From Hamiltosporidium tvaerminnensis FI-OER-3-3 (lineage: Eukaryota; Fungi; Microsporidia): 64,000 nucleotides of DNA. Under the pieces are notes generated by a model, which saw only the letters and a program-made list of their open reading frames with translations, was not told where the DNA came from and did no database searches. Location: the NCBI GenBank assembly GCA_022605425.2, contig CM061247.1, positions 1,612,001 to 1,676,000 on the forward strand. Reading direction: 5' to 3'. A program made the position numbers and the translations under genes. Position 1 is the first letter of the stretch. Each line of letters opens with the position of its first letter. Below, piece after piece: positions 50,205 to 63,998 of this stretch.

Positions 50205-50903
50205 AATTATAATTTAGTTTAAATTTTTAGTAGTATTTTTATCTTGTTGTTTTTTTAAATTTCCTATCTAATTTTCTCCTGTCTAAAACATATTGAATAT
50301 CTACTTTACATTGAAATTTATCATTTAATACTTAATCACAGTTTTGCCATCTAAAATTTAGAGCTCGGTATTCCGTGTCTAATTTTTCTTAACAGCTTAT
50401 CATCCCTCTAAATATATTTAAAAGAGCGTGGTTAATGTATTTCTCTCACTCCATTATTTTAAATCAAATGATGCCTTTTTCTAATTCTTATCGCTTTGTT
50501 ATAGGAATATTTTTTTCTTCAATTAGAAGAAATCTTTCCTTTTGTTTTTTAAAAGTATTCAAAGTCTGTGTCTATTTATCGTTTCTGGTATTTAGTGCTT
50601 TTCAAACAATTAAAATAGTTCGTAAAACAATATAGATAGTCCCTATTTTCTGAAAGAACTATTCCTAAATTAAATTGGTATCAAGACTCTACGTTTTGTT
50701 CAAAACTTTATATAACGGTTCTCTGTCAAGAAAATTTAAAGACTTAAAAAATGAATATAATTTGCTCTGTTTTGCTATTTTTTATAATTCAACTTGAAAA
50801 AAATTATATATTTTCTATATTTCAATAAAAAAACATAACAAATTAATGAAAATAGGAAAGAAACAATCAATTTTTAATTTAAATATAAATTAAGGAAATC
50901 ATA

Positions 50904-52412
50904 TCAATTCGTTTTTCTTATTCTAGATTCTTCGCCCTTATCTTCAATGAGATATCCATGTGTTTTAAAATCTTCTCTAAGTTTATCACATAACTCAAAA
51001 TAGTGTTTGTGCTCTTTCTTTTCTTTGCTATATTTTCTCACATTCGCTCTAAAATCACATACAAGCTTCAAAACATCTTGATCTAAAGAATCAAACCCTT
51101 TTTTTTCCTCCACTACACCTAACAAATTCAATATAGAAACTACATATTGTTTAGCAACATAAATAACTCTAATACTTAAATTTTCTATTTTCTGATGAAT
51201 TACAGTTATTAAATTAAGTATAGCAGTTAATACTTTAAAAGTATTAATACTGTCACAGAAAGCCTCATGGATAGAAATTTTAGTATTTTCTAAAATTTCT
51301 AATATCATAGAGTCTTGATCTGTAACATTTTTAAAATTATCTTCAATTTCAGAATTTTTAATAAACGAATCTGAAATAGAAATAAAATTCATGAGTTTGG
51401 CTTCAATTTTTTTAGAATATTCCATTGATTCTAATTTATATGTCATAGGTGCCCACCAATTCGTATTTAAAAATAAAATTCTCAATTGCCTTGGTGTAAA
51501 ATTTTTTAAAGATTCTTCGACCGTAATAAAATTTTTCAAAGATTTTGACATTTTTAAACCGTCAATAGAAAGATGGCCGGAATGTAAAAAATACGGGCAC
51601 CATAAATTTGAATTTAAAAATGCCTGACTTTGAGCTATTTCGTTTTCATGGTGTGGAAATGCCAAATCACATCCACCAGAATGTATATCAAGTCCGTCTT
51701 TAAAAAGATCAGAAGCCATCGCACTACATTCAATGTGCCACCCTGGTCTACCCTCACCCCATGGTGAATTATAAACAGGTTCTCCTTCCTTACTTTTCTT
51801 CCATAAAACGAAATCAATTTTATTTTTCTTTTTATATATATTCTCAAGTTGTTCAGTCTCCTCGTTTATTGCAGATTCATTTACAAAATTTGGATGCTTA
51901 AAATTTTCACGATATTTCACCAAATCAAAATAGACACTTCCTTCACTTTCATATGCAAATCCCTTTTCCATCAATTTTTCAATAAATGTAACAATTTTTT
52001 CAACATAATTTGTTACACGTGTTGTAAATGTTGGTCTTTGTACATTTAGATTATCCATAGCTTCAAAAAATTCAGTTTCATATTTTTTTGTAATAATTTT
52101 ACACGCATCTGAAACTTCCATTTTGGTTTCTTTAGCTTTGTTGATTATTTTATCATCAATATCGGTTATATTCATAACATAGGTAACTTGATATCCAAAA
52201 TAGTTTTCTAAAACACGTCTAACAATATCGAAAGAAACATATGTACGAGCATGTCCAAGATGAGGTGAATCATAAACAGTTGGGCCACATATGTACCAAC
52301 GTATAAGATTACCTCTAGAAGGAGTGAATATGTCTTTATTTTTAGTAAATGCATTTATTAGTTTTAATTTTGTTGTAATTTCTTTTTCTTCCAAATTGTT
52401 TTCCATTGTCAT
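50904..52412 (-). CDS. CARS1: Cysteinyl-tRNA synthetase
   Basis: [61 protein letters not shown]. Confidence 0.98.
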   Translation of the reverse strand: MTMENNLEEKEITTKLKLINAFTKNKDIFTPSRGNLIRWYICGPTVYDSPHLGHARTYVSFDIVRRVLENYFGYQVTYVMNITDIDDKIINKAKETKMEVSDACKIITKKYETEFFEAMDNLNVQRPTFTTRVTNYVEKIVTFIEKLMEKGFAYESEGSVYFDLVKYRENFKHPNFVNESAINEETEQLENIYKKKNKIDFVLWKKSKEGEPVYNSPWGEGRPGWHIECSAMASDLFKDGLDIHSGGCDLAFPHHENEIAQSQAFLNSNLWCPYFLHSGHLSIDGLKMSKSLKNFITVEESLKNFTPRQLRILFLNTNWWAPMTYKLESMEYSKKIEAKLMNFISISDSFIKNSEIEDNFKNVTDQDSMILEILENTKISIHEAFCDSINTFKVLTAILNLITVIHQKIENLSIRVIYVAKQYVVSILNLLGVVEEKKGFDSLDQDVLKLVCDFRANVRKYSKEKKEHKHYFELCDKLREDFKTHGYLIEDKGEESRIRKTN

Positions 52413-52859
52413 AGATGGGCAGAATAAAAAAAATATTTTTTATAATAAAAGCGGAAATTAAAATTTTTAAATACTTCTTTGAGTATTATTTATTAGTCGG
52501 GTTGAGTTTATTAAGATCTTTATTGCTAATTCTGACTTTCTCAAAGGACCGGCTTCAAGTTTAATTTCTTTTATAGAAAATTCGGTTTAAGTTGTATAAT
52601 TCAGAATAATCGGTAAAATTTTTGTATCTTTATTGAATTGAAATATTCTTCAACATTCCTAAAAATTTATAACGGAAGGTTTTGGACGTCTTCCAGCTCT
52701 TTTTCATGACAGATAATGAAGCCGTTTGCCGACTAATATCAGCACTTAGTCATATATTAGCATTTTAATTTATCAAATGAACTTTTCGTAATTTTTTTAA
52801 GTAAAATCAATTGTAAATGTGTCAGTATTTTTAAATCATCAAAGGTTATTAAGATACAA

Positions 52860-53400
52860 CTTATAATATTTAGTTACAATACCAACCCAGGTTATTAAAT
52901 ATGGAATTTACACAATACTTTAGTTATAAATTAATTTCAATTTATTGATCGAAATGTAGCAATTCTTTGAATTTTCCAATTCTGAAATTTACAGCGAATC
53001 TTATGAAATAATTCCTACTTCAAAGACAGTGATCCTATTTATTATTTGTCGAAATAAACAAATTGGAGCTATTATTTAGAACTTTGACGAATATTATTAT
53101 CCCGGTGTCTATTCATATTTCCGTATACTTGTTTTCGAGGGTTTCTTGAACTGAGAATCTCTATTTTTTTAAGAACATAAACTCATATTTTTAGGAACAA
53201 AAAAGATGTAGAGATTTCACCATTATATTATGGCATCCGGTATAGTCACAACCAAGTGTTTTAATCACCTGATTTTGAAATTTTCCACCAACTTTTTATC
53301 GGTTTATTAAATATTAAACATTCCTTATCTACCTTAAAATACATTTCTATCCTGGATATAGCAGAACATTGCTTCAAAATATGCTTTGTTTCACATATTA
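52860..53400 (-). mobile_element. Degenerate R4-like endonuclease-region fragment
   Basis: acatttctatcctggatatagcagaaca (53341) matches 47911; attcctacttcaa matches 47575. Confidence 0.75.
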
Positions 53401-54787
53401 ATGTCTTTTCTAGAAAAAAAATATCTAAATGAACAAAAAAGTTTTTTTAATAAACGTTACGAGTATTTATTTCTTTTATCGTTTTGGGAAGGTATAAATT
53501 AAAAAAAATTTAAGATTAAGTTATAAATCATGATTATTTGCAGGTTTTAGGAAAACAAACCTAACAGCATATATCTTTAAGAGATGGATTTTTATTATGC
53601 AAAATTTCAGTGAATTGTGAAATCAGAGCTAGAAAATCCCAAAACTTAGGAACTTATTGTGCCATAGTATATAAATAGTGAAAATTTGAAAGATTGTACA
53701 ATTGAGTTAGAAAACCCAAAAGTTTACTATAAGCAAGCAATGATTTTATTCTGCATTCTATGATAGTAAGGCTTTCATTCTTTAAAATATAGAGTATCAC
53801 CTAACTTGAAACAAGAAATAAAATACAAGATCTCCCAAATATTTCGTCTAACACTTATGAAAATTTTATAGCTGTTCCAAAAAAAAGATGCAAAGAGATT
53901 TCTTAAACCCGAATCCAAACAGATTTTTCTGGATTAATCAAGAAATTCAAAAAAAACCAAATCTGTTTTTATAATAACAGGTGCAACTTATTTGTAGAAA
54001 GAAATCGCAAAAATGTTTTTTTATGAAAGTGTATGATAGATTACGGATTAATTCCCCAAAAATAAAATATAAGAGAAAACTGAACAAATAATATTCGCAG
54101 TAAATTCTTAAAATAACAAAGCATTTTCTTTATTACTTCAAATAATAAGATCTTAATCTAAAAAAAATGCCTATTTCTTTTTAATTCTCATATTATTCTT
54201 CGACTTTTCTTTCACAGTTCATTTTCTTATATCGAAGCGAAATCACAAAAATATGAAAGATCAAAACAACTAATAAAAGGCGTAAGATTAGATTAAAATA
54301 TAGAAAGAAGTTTGCAAATACGAAGTATAGTTAATATAGCTTTTGTGTAGAAAATATTTTCTGAAAGAATAAACAAATAGAATTCATCAAACGAGTTTGA
54401 CATAAATTATTTTTTTGCAATAAATTTTAAATCAATGTCAAAAATTTCAAAAATATTCTATTTCAGTAATTTTTGACATTGATTTGATCTTTTTAAGATA
54501 AATTAAATTTAATTAAATTAACAAAATTTGATTAAAAAACAAAAGTATAGAATTAATGCGTAGAAATACTGTAATTTAATAACACAAGCAGGATTGATAA
54601 CATATATAGAAAAATGGATTCAATAATGCAAATTTAAATATCAGATGTAGTTTTTAAAATCTTTGATATTTTCAAATAAATAAAACTTGAAATATTGTTT
54701 TTCAATAATATTTCTAAAATAAAAAAATCTATTTTTTTGGGCAAATTAAAAAAAAAGATTTAAATACGAAAATTTTTTAAATCCCCT

Positions 54788-56482
54788 ATGTTTTTATCAA
54801 ATTTAAATCTCATTTTGTTCACTTTTATAGTTTATAATCGTTATAATTGTACGACAAGTAATATTCAACAATCAGAAGATACACGGGAAGATCTTAAACA
54901 ATATTTTAAAGATTTTATAGAGAAAAATGATCATTCTGTGAAAATAAACGAAGAATATACAAATAATAATTTTATAATCAAAGGTTCTATTTTCGGTAGA
55001 CATCTTGATATAAAGAATTGGCTTGAGCACGAAATAAAATCAGATTCGTATTATTATATGATTTGTCTTGAGGCAACAGACAAATTAAAAGCTGAAAACA
55101 CAACTTTGGCGGTATTAAAGTGTTTAAAATTCACATGCGAACGTTTTAAAATCATTGAAAATAGAAAAGATTTTTTTATAAACACTGACTATAATGTCAA
55201 TGGTTTAAAAGATTTTTCAGCCTTGGGATTGTCTGATAAAAAAAGTAAAATTTATGAAATGCTGGATATTTACATTCTTAAAAGTAATTCTAAAGAAGTT
55301 TTGAGGAATAAATCAACTATGATGCTAGAGAGATTAAACAAACGTAACGCATTGCAAAACTGGAGACTTATTTTTGTATCAGATCATATTCTAGAGGCGA
55401 ATACACTTTTATCGCTCAATCAAAAAATTGAAAATTTTATTTCAACGAACAGCTACCCTTTCAAAAAACAATTTCTTTCATTTGTCACAAAAAAAAATAA
55501 GTCAGTCAATATGGAAGAAACCGATTACCCCCGATCGTTATCACCTTTACCTTCTGTAATACCAAAATATTTTATATCCAATGAAAAGTTTGATAAACAA
55601 AATCAAAAACTGAAAATTCGATTTGAAAAAAAAGATTGTTCAGAATTTAAAGATTTTCAGAAAAATAAGCTGTCACAGTATGTTGTATATCAATTGATTA
55701 TATCAGATATGGTTTTCGATAAATCAATCGAATTTCTTCTTTTGTTTAAAAATGAAAAAATTGAATATATTACTTCACCAAAATGTAATTGGATAAATAT
55801 GCATGATACTTACTATTATAAAACAAACGATTTTATTATGAAAACTTTTAGGCACAATATTGAATCTGTGATTGGTAACAATTTGATTGATATATTTGGA
55901 AAATGCATAAATATTTTAAAATTTTGTGAGGCAAAAATTATGTTTGCAGAACATGAAACCGTTTTTAAGGAAATAAGAATGTTATCAGCTTATAATAATG
56001 AAGAAGTTAGCAATAAATTTAAGAACTTCTTTGAGAATGTTAAAAAACATTTTGAGAAAGAAGAATTGGAAATGGAAATATGTTATAAGCAATTTTGTGA
56101 GGATACAACAAAGAAACTTGAAGCAATTCCATTTAAAGATTTTTATGGTTTGAATAATTCTTCATGGGATATTTGTGGCAACTCTAACTATGAATATTCG
56201 AAAGATTTTGATTGTGAGTTTGCAGAACTCATAACCAATATTGGTCAAGATATAGTTAAAATTATAAACGAGAACGTGTTTTATAATTGTATTTCGAGTC
56301 AGAGTAACTGTGGAATGCTATTAAGATTTTCAAAAAAAGATGAATTTGCTTTCGAATTAGAATTTATTTTTTCATTTAAAGATAAAATTTTAAATATGAC
56401 AATATTTTCGAAAGAATATGATTTTAATGGAAACGCTGATATTATTGTGGGAATTTTTAATACAAATTTGCCCGCTATCTAA
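54788..56482 (+). CDS. Hypothetical, probably secreted protein, 564 aa
   Basis: Long ORF; cccctATG start; hydrophobic leader MFLSNLNLILFTFIVY; no recognisable domain. Confidence 0.85.
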   Translation: MFLSNLNLILFTFIVYNRYNCTTSNIQQSEDTREDLKQYFKDFIEKNDHSVKINEEYTNNNFIIKGSIFGRHLDIKNWLEHEIKSDSYYYMICLEATDKLKAENTTLAVLKCLKFTCERFKIIENRKDFFINTDYNVNGLKDFSALGLSDKKSKIYEMLDIYILKSNSKEVLRNKSTMMLERLNKRNALQNWRLIFVSDHILEANTLLSLNQKIENFISTNSYPFKKQFLSFVTKKNKSVNMEETDYPRSLSPLPSVIPKYFISNEKFDKQNQKLKIRFEKKDCSEFKDFQKNKLSQYVVYQLIISDMVFDKSIEFLLLFKNEKIEYITSPKCNWINMHDTYYYKTNDFIMKTFRHNIESVIGNNLIDIFGKCINILKFCEAKIMFAEHETVFKEIRMLSAYNNEEVSNKFKNFFENVKKHFEKEELEMEICYKQFCEDTTKKLEAIPFKDFYGLNNSSWDICGNSNYEYSKDFDCEFAELITNIGQDIVKIINENVFYNCISSQSNCGMLLRFSKKDEFAFELEFIFSFKDKILNMTIFSKEYDFNGNADIIVGIFNTNLPAI

Positions 56483-56789
56483 ATATTTTTAGGATATATT
56501 AAGTTCTTGCAGGATAATTTAATTTTTAAGAAATTCATAATTCAAGTTCGATCCCTATTACAGATTAGACTATGGTGATAGTCTAATTGTATTTATTTTT
56601 TAGGTTTTTAATGCCTCGAAAAATTTTTACTTTTAAGGAAATCTTGATATGTTATTCTTAAATAAATTATAGTTATTTTGCTAATTTCGTTTAAAATCTT
56701 TTCTAAAAATTCAAAATTTTGTTTTTTTTAACAATATTTTATTTTGAGTAATATCCCTAGAAAATTTTAATTAATTAATTTGGATCTAA

Positions 56790-57900
56790 AAAAACATTTT
56801 CTTCTACTTTTTTAACAGCTGTAACTTCATCTTCTATATCCGAATATTTGTTTATAATATCTTCTTTTCTTCAAATATAGTTCCATGATCTAAAATAAGA
56901 GGTTTGTTATCACTTATTTATAAGTAAGTATTCAAAAACTTGTTTTACATATTTATTTTTGACGAAGGTATTACGGTCACATGTATTTCGCCTCTCTGAT
57001 AATTTTTTTCGTCTATCTTCTGCATTCGCTCTTGGCTCAAAACCTCTTCTTCTCCAAAATAATTTTTTTAGAAAGTCTTTTTAGACTCAAAACTAGATGT
57101 ATTCCTGTACATCTATGTGTTTTTGCAGTTTATAAAGAAAAAAATTATGTACGTCTTTTGTACTCTCAATGTATTTAAATGAGGAATTTTCCCACTACTA
57201 AAATACTACTTAAACCCTGCTTCATTGGCTATTAGGAAAAATTTCTTCGTAATTTAGTCTCAATTATTCATAGTAAATCCCGGGATGTAATTCCCATTTC
57301 CGTTAATTAACCTTATTTTTATATTAATCTGAAATAAATATATCGGGTCTATTTTTAAGAATTTTATCTTTTTTTAATTCCGAGGCCTGTCCTAATTTTA
57401 ACATACTTGTCGTTTTTAAAGATTTCTTGAACTTTTTGATACCTAATTAATTTCTGAAGCTTAAATTTAAACAATTTCAATCGAACTATATATACAACTG
57501 ACTCTTTATTACACCGTCTGATCTCGTCAAATCTAAGCAAAATTAATATATATTTTCAAAATATTTTACCAAGTTTCCACGATATTGATATCTTTCTTCC
57601 ATAACCAAAAATATATTTCAAACAATATATATAGCAGAACATTATTTCATCACTTTTCTCGAAGTTTCTTTCTAAAGTCAATCATACTATTATTTGTATT
57701 AACCAGATCCTTATTTCTTGAATTTGAAAACTTAAAATTAATTTTGTATGCCCATTCGTATAAAAATTTGTTTTTTACGCCTTTCCAATGTTTTTATTTT
57801 CGCCTGATTTGTGTTTTATAATAAACTAACCTAAATCTCGTAGAAACCAACTTTCTTTTACATTCATAAGAAAAGATGACGCAAATTATCTTAACTTTCA
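56790..57900 (-). mobile_element. Highly degenerate 3' R4-like fragment
   Basis: gggatgtaattcccatttc...aaataaatatatcgggtct aligns with 47565-47640; ttttcttctac 3' end motif. Confidence 0.65.
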
Positions 57901-58917
57901 TTGTATGAGCTATGGAATTGATGTTTCAATAAAAACTTCTTATTCTCACTTGGTCTCTTTCTCTGACTTTTTTTAGACTTTCATTTGGAAATTATTACCA
58001 GCTTTGAGCAATTATCAATAAAAATTTAGGGCTTTGTAACCTACAAGTTTTTATTATTCTTTTATATTTAATTTCAATTTTTAGCAACTTCATCTCAGCG
58101 TTTTATGTTACGCCCTTCATTTTCACCTAGTTTCATTTAATTCTGTGCTTTTTTCGCTAAAATTTATTTTTGTTAAGTGTTTTATTTGTCAGAAAAAACT
58201 TTCTTTTTGACAATATATTGTAACAGTTATTCATTGTATAAATTCTAACTTATTTTTATGAAAATTTTTCAATTTAATCGAGTATAAACTTCCACGAAGC
58301 TTTTCAAGCAAAATTTATTGTGAATTCTTTATTGAGAATATGAAAAAACTCACACAAGAAAACCAAAAATCCAATCGATCTTATCATACAATTTTTTACG
58401 TAAATGTAAATTCTTAGTAAAGAAATCTTAACGAAGTGATTAATTTTTTTAAACCCGAAAACGTTAGAAAACTTAAAAATCAAAATTTATTTTATTTTTC
58501 TTTATAAAATAATACAATTTTAGAAGAAAACTTACGAATTTTAATTCGAATACTTTTTTGAATTGATAGAATCTTTTTAATTGTTTCATGTTCACTTCTA
58601 CTCACGATTATTGGTTGGGTAAGATTGCTGAACAATTAGAAAGGGTCATATCCTAATTAGAGTACTCTTGTAGGTGTTTTATAGTCTTTTATCCAATTAA
58701 ACACTTCAAAGTGAGTCTTCGACGTCGGGGTATTAGTGAACTATAATAATGATTAAAAATGGGTAAATATATAAATGAAAACGATAGATTCCTTAAACTG
58801 TTAATTTTGTCACATTATAAATAATTTGTTCAAAACTATTTTTTAATTTTTCTTATCAAAATATACTATTACAAATGCATAAAAACTTTGTTTAAAAGTA
58901 TCAGTTATTTTATAAAT

Positions 58918-59612
58918 AGTGGCAAGTGTTATATTTGTTTTCATGACATTAATGCAGTTCTAGGGTTAACATAAATGACTGCTACCCCAACAGTCCATCA
59001 CTAACCCTTGCGATACTTACATCACAAAGCCTTTCATCTACCAGGTGTGTGGAACCTAATTAATAGGCGAGGCAGTTGCCCGGAGTTCGTTAATGTCCGT
59101 TGCATGGGGTGTAATCGAAGGCCAAAGCCCCCTCCCTCCGGGCTCGCCCAAGACTATGCAGCATTCCAAGTTACTCTATACATTCTGAACCCAATAAACT
59201 TCTAGCTAAGATATATTAGAGATTTGCATGGGATCCACCAAGACATTGCAATGTCGTACCAACAGGCAGGACCTGCTACTTAATCTTCCCAGCTGCAAAT
59301 GAATTTATATTTATATACCCAGGCGTTAAGTCTTCTAACAAGAGTGAGCAAGGCTAAGTTCTCATTTTTTACATGACAATTACCTACGAGTTCGGATGCG
59401 ATCTGCGATATAGTTACATAAAAAACTACAAATAAATTTGTAGAAAAAGTTTCTCCATTTCTTAGGCCTCTCCTCCTCATAACAACCCCCATGGAACAAC
59501 CGAAGATGTAGTGTAGTTTTATTCCCATCAAAAATCTACAAATGATCCTCATACCAGTTTCACACACTCATTCTCATGCAGAAATTTTTCTAGTAGTTAT
59601 TCTCTTTCCACA
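58918..59612 (-). repeat. Family F dispersed repeat, copy 3
   Basis: Homologous to 7484-8171. Confidence 0.85.
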
Positions 59613-60419
59613 TAGAATGCATAAAACAAAGAATATTTTTTAATATACTTCTGATTAAATTAGAGGTTTCCTATAATAATACGTAAAAATATTTGTTTAA
59701 AAGACACAAGCTGTTGTATTTTTTGAACATCTAATAATATTTCTGTTTTAAAACCAAGATTTATTTTATATTCCTTTAAATTTTAATTAAAATGACAGAT
59801 TATTTCTTTTTTGGAATTTGACATGTCAAAATTCATTCTAAAAATAAAATATTTGACAGAAAAAATAGCAAAATTAATAAGGAAAGGAAGGAAGAGGCTG
59901 GAATATTTTTTTCTGTATTAACCTTATCATACTAATATTTATCAGACTAGTACAATTAAAATACTTCAATTCCAAACAAGGAATTAGCCTTTTATTAATT
60001 CTAAAAAATTTCGACTTAGAACTACTTTTTGAATAACAAACTGAGTTAATTTCATACAATTATTTATATGAAAACAAAATTATAAGAGCAGGATTCTAAA
60101 TGTTGTACTCTTTTTTTATTTAAGAAACCAAATCAGTTAAATATTCTTAAAATTTAGTATTTAATTTGATTTTGGTCTATTTATGCAAATTTAAACACTG
60201 GAATTTCAAAAATAATAATGTGTTTTGTTCATATGATAATACAGCCTGACAAACATCAAACTCGAATTATACAACAGTATCTCTATTTACCTGTGAATTG
60301 AAACCGAAAATACCAAAAAAGTTTATTTTTCAATAGACACAATGTAATGTTAAATTAATAACAAATTTCAAATCAACTATTGAATGTTTAAATATTTCGA
60401 ATATTTTACATTAAAATAG

Positions 60420-61100
60420 TGTGGAGATAGGATGATCACATATAAATATCTTTTCGGGTACGATTGGGTGAAATTAATTGTTTGGGTTTTTGCATGAAAA
60501 CGCCACAACTTTTTCGGTTATTCTGTAGGAGTTTATATGAAGAGGAGAAGGTCTATGAAATGGCAAAAGTTTCTTTCTGAATATATTTTGTAGTTTTTTA
60601 TTTAACTATATCGCAGATCGCATCTGAACTCGTAGGTAATTGCCATGTAAAAAATGAGAACACAGCTTTGCTCACGCTCGTTAGAAGACTTAGCGTCTGG
60701 GTGATATAAAAATATATTCATTTGCAGCTGGGAAGATTAAGTAGCAGGTCCTACCTGTTGGTTTGACATTGAAGTATATAGCTTGAACCATATAACTTGC
60801 CAAGATATATCTTTGTTTGAGTTTGTTGTGTTTTGAAAATGTAGAGTAAATGTGAATTCTGCATAATTCTATTGGCCTATAATGGGTTTGGCATACGATT
60901 AAACTTCATGCAACGGATATTAACGAACTCCAGGCAACTGTCTCGCTTATTAATTCGGTCTAGATATCTTTTCGATGAAATGTTTGGATTTGGGTATTGT
61001 AAGGAGCATTGACGGAGTCTCGGGGTAGAAGTTCTTCGTATTAAACTCAGAACCGAGTTAATATCACCAAAACAATATAAAACTGTTTACTGTTTTAAAA
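60420..61100 (+). repeat. Family F dispersed repeat, copy 4 (inverted relative to copy 3)
   Basis: Reverse complement of copy 3, near-identical over ~60605-60770. Confidence 0.85.
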
Positions 61101-63086
61101 AGATTTGATATCTTTAAATAAAAATATTCACTACAAGTATAAATAATTAAGGTTAAGTATATTTTAAGATACAAAGCCTCCTAAATTTTATAAGAAGTTA
61201 GAATAAAAATCGCTAAAAATATTTTTTCAAATAATTTGTATTATACTTTGAGAAATCGTGAAGTACTAAGTTCAAAAGTTTATAATATAAACTATTTAAA
61301 AAACAGAAAATCCTAATTATTAGATTTGGTACAAAAATAAGTCATTAAAAAAAGATTTTAATGTTTTTTCAGGAAGTCCAAATTTCATTATTTATTTAAT
61401 TGTTAATTATAACTTTGGCTCAAAATTAGACAATTTTACTCCAAATTTTTAATCAAAAATATATTCTTTACGTTGAAATTCATTCTACTATATACAAATA
61501 AAACACGGATTTTTTCAGCGTTGAATTCTTTAATTAGAGTCTTCTAAACATGTTATCATTATATATAAAGCTGTTAAGTTAAAAATTTTGATAAATTCCT
61601 TAGCTGCTTATTTTGTGCATTGTCAAATATCTGATTGTATAATTATTTATACCCATTTATAAATAACTATATTTGAGAATAAGACGAGTTTTTATTATTA
61701 AAAGAATAATTTTATCATAATTGATATACGTTTTTATTTGTCGAACTTTATAAAATCTAACCAGATAAAACGTAAATTAAAGTATGAAATAGCTGTAAAT
61801 TTAGTTAAAAGTTTTGATTTAATTTTTTTAAGGAGAAAAAAATATCTCATTCCTAAAGGCTAATAGCATTATATGGAGGCTTAAATAAAAAATAATAATT
61901 GAAGTAATTTACAATTTAGATCTATATTGATATATTGTTTACAAATATAAGATTTTAATCGTATATTTTGGTATCGTATTTTAAAGAAGTTAGAATGTAA
62001 TAGCAATTGAAAATAAATTTTGATCCTTAAAAATCATTGAAAATTAATTTTCAAATTTAGAAAATCATCTAATTTAAGACTGTAGAAAACCTTATCGAAA
62101 ATAATTTGAAATTTCAATCAATATATTCTATTATCTTAAAAACAAGCCCAAAAACAATGATCTAAGTTTTCATTAAAAAAATGTTTGTAGAATACTTAAT
62201 ATTTTTTATAAATTAGAAGCAAAATTGATTCAAAGTCAAAAAACAAATTCGAATAAAATTTTAAAAAAGAAATACGAATGAAATTAATAAAAAATCAAAG
62301 GCTTTCGTTACAATGTAATTTTTCTAGCGATTGATACGAAGTAAAATCAAAATACATTTTTTCATTGAAATACACAAATAAATCAAAATATTCTTTAACT
62401 TCTAGACGAATTAGAAATAAAGACAATGTAATAAAAATATTTGAAATAAATGAGCGGAAATAAAAATTTAAATTATTATAAACAAATATGATTATATTTT
62501 CCAAAAAGCTATCTCGTTCATTCTGGTCAATAAATTGATAATGAAATGCGTATTGAGCAATAGTACATCAAAAGGAGACCTTGCATTTTTTTAAATAAAA
62601 AAAATCTTTAAAATTATTTTATACTTGTTTTCATGGAAAATATCTGCGTGTTATAATTTTAAAATGAAATTATACTAAATATAATAAAAGGGAGATAAAA
62701 AGCATGGGTTACCCGGAATGAAAACAACTTTTATCTATGGCATTTAAATATAATTCAAATTATTTTTTTGATAATCAAGAAGATTCCAAGATTAAATTTT
62801 ACGCAAGGTTATAATTTTTAAACATAGTTGTAAAAGAAAAACAAGGTGCATCAATTGCTCATATCTATTTAAAAATCAAAATAAATGACTAAAGAACTAT
62901 TACGCAGGCATTATATAACGTTTTAATTTATAGATACTGATACATAACTAAATGAAAGGCAACAAATCAAATTAATATAGAAATTAAAAAGATGAAAGAT
63001 AATCAAATAATATAGAATAGATTTCCCTTTTTATTAATTGAATATTGTATATAATAAAATTACGATCAAAAAAATAAGATTTGAAT

Positions 63087-63998
63087 TTAATTTTGTAATT
63101 TATTTCTCAAAATTTTAAAAATAAGTTTAAGTTTTTTGTATTGCCTGTGAGTTAAATGTTGAATGGGAAGTATTTGTTCGTTTAAAAGAACTTTAAATTT
63201 CAATGGATCTGCATTTGGAATTTTTTTTTTGGAGAAAATTTGAAAAATACGGTTGCTAAACTTAAATTTATGAGTTAAATTATACCCTGATTGGAAACAA
63301 TCAGTCTTGTTTATACAACAGCAGTGTATTTCAAAACATTGCCTTTTGTTTTTAAAAAAAACTCTTTTACCATTTTTGATCAGAGAAAAATCATTTTTAT
63401 AGTGAAAGAAATCAGGTAAGATTGCAAAACAAAAAACAAAATCATACAAAATATTAAATATCGGATGCAAGAGAGCTTTATCGGCTGAAATGCGATTCTT
63501 TGGTGATGGATCTAATGTTTTAGAAATAAAATCGGCGACAATAAGTTTATACTCTTTGCTTTTTATTGTTTCCTTATATCCTTCAAAATATTCTTCAAAA
63601 ATTTGACCTAAACTCCAAATATCTGCTTTATGATTAAATTTTTTGCATGCTCTGATTTCTGGTGCATAAAAACTATACTTAGTGTCATTAACATCACCGA
63701 TTGATGTATCAGCACATTTAAAAATATTATTTTGGGATTCTTCGAATGTAGCAATACCGAAATCTATAATTTTGCAAGTGAAATCTTCTGTTATCATAAT
63801 ATTATTATCCTTGAGATCTAAATATACTATTTTTTTTATTCTCAGATAATTTAAAGCATCCAAAATTTGCTTAATAAAATATATAAAAGTTTCAAATTCA
63901 ACTATATGCGTGCGAAAAAAATCACAAAATGTTAAAGGAATATATTCATATATAGCATATTCAAGATCTTGAATAATTTTGAATTCAAATATTTCTAC
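63087..63998 (-). CDS. Ser/Thr protein kinase (N-terminus outside the window)
   Basis: Frame open to the window edge (VEIFEFK...YEYIP...KQILDAL); IVYLDLKDNNIM, IDFG, YAPE, ADIWSLG, RISADKALLHP. Confidence 0.9.
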   Translation of the reverse strand, partial: VEIFEFKIIQDLEYAIYEYIPLTFCDFFRTHIVEFETFIYFIKQILDALNYLRIKKIVYLDLKDNNIMITEDFTCKIIDFGIATFEESQNNIFKCADTSIGDVNDTKYSFYAPEIRACKKFNHKADIWSLGQIFEEYFEGYKETIKSKEYKLIVADFISKTLDPSPKNRISADKALLHPIFNILYDFVFCFAILPDFFHYKNDFSLIKNGKRVFFKNKRQCFEIHCCCINKTDCFQSGYNLTHKFKFSNRIFQIFSKKKIPNADPLKFKVLLNEQILPIQHLTHRQYKKLKLIFKILRNKLQN

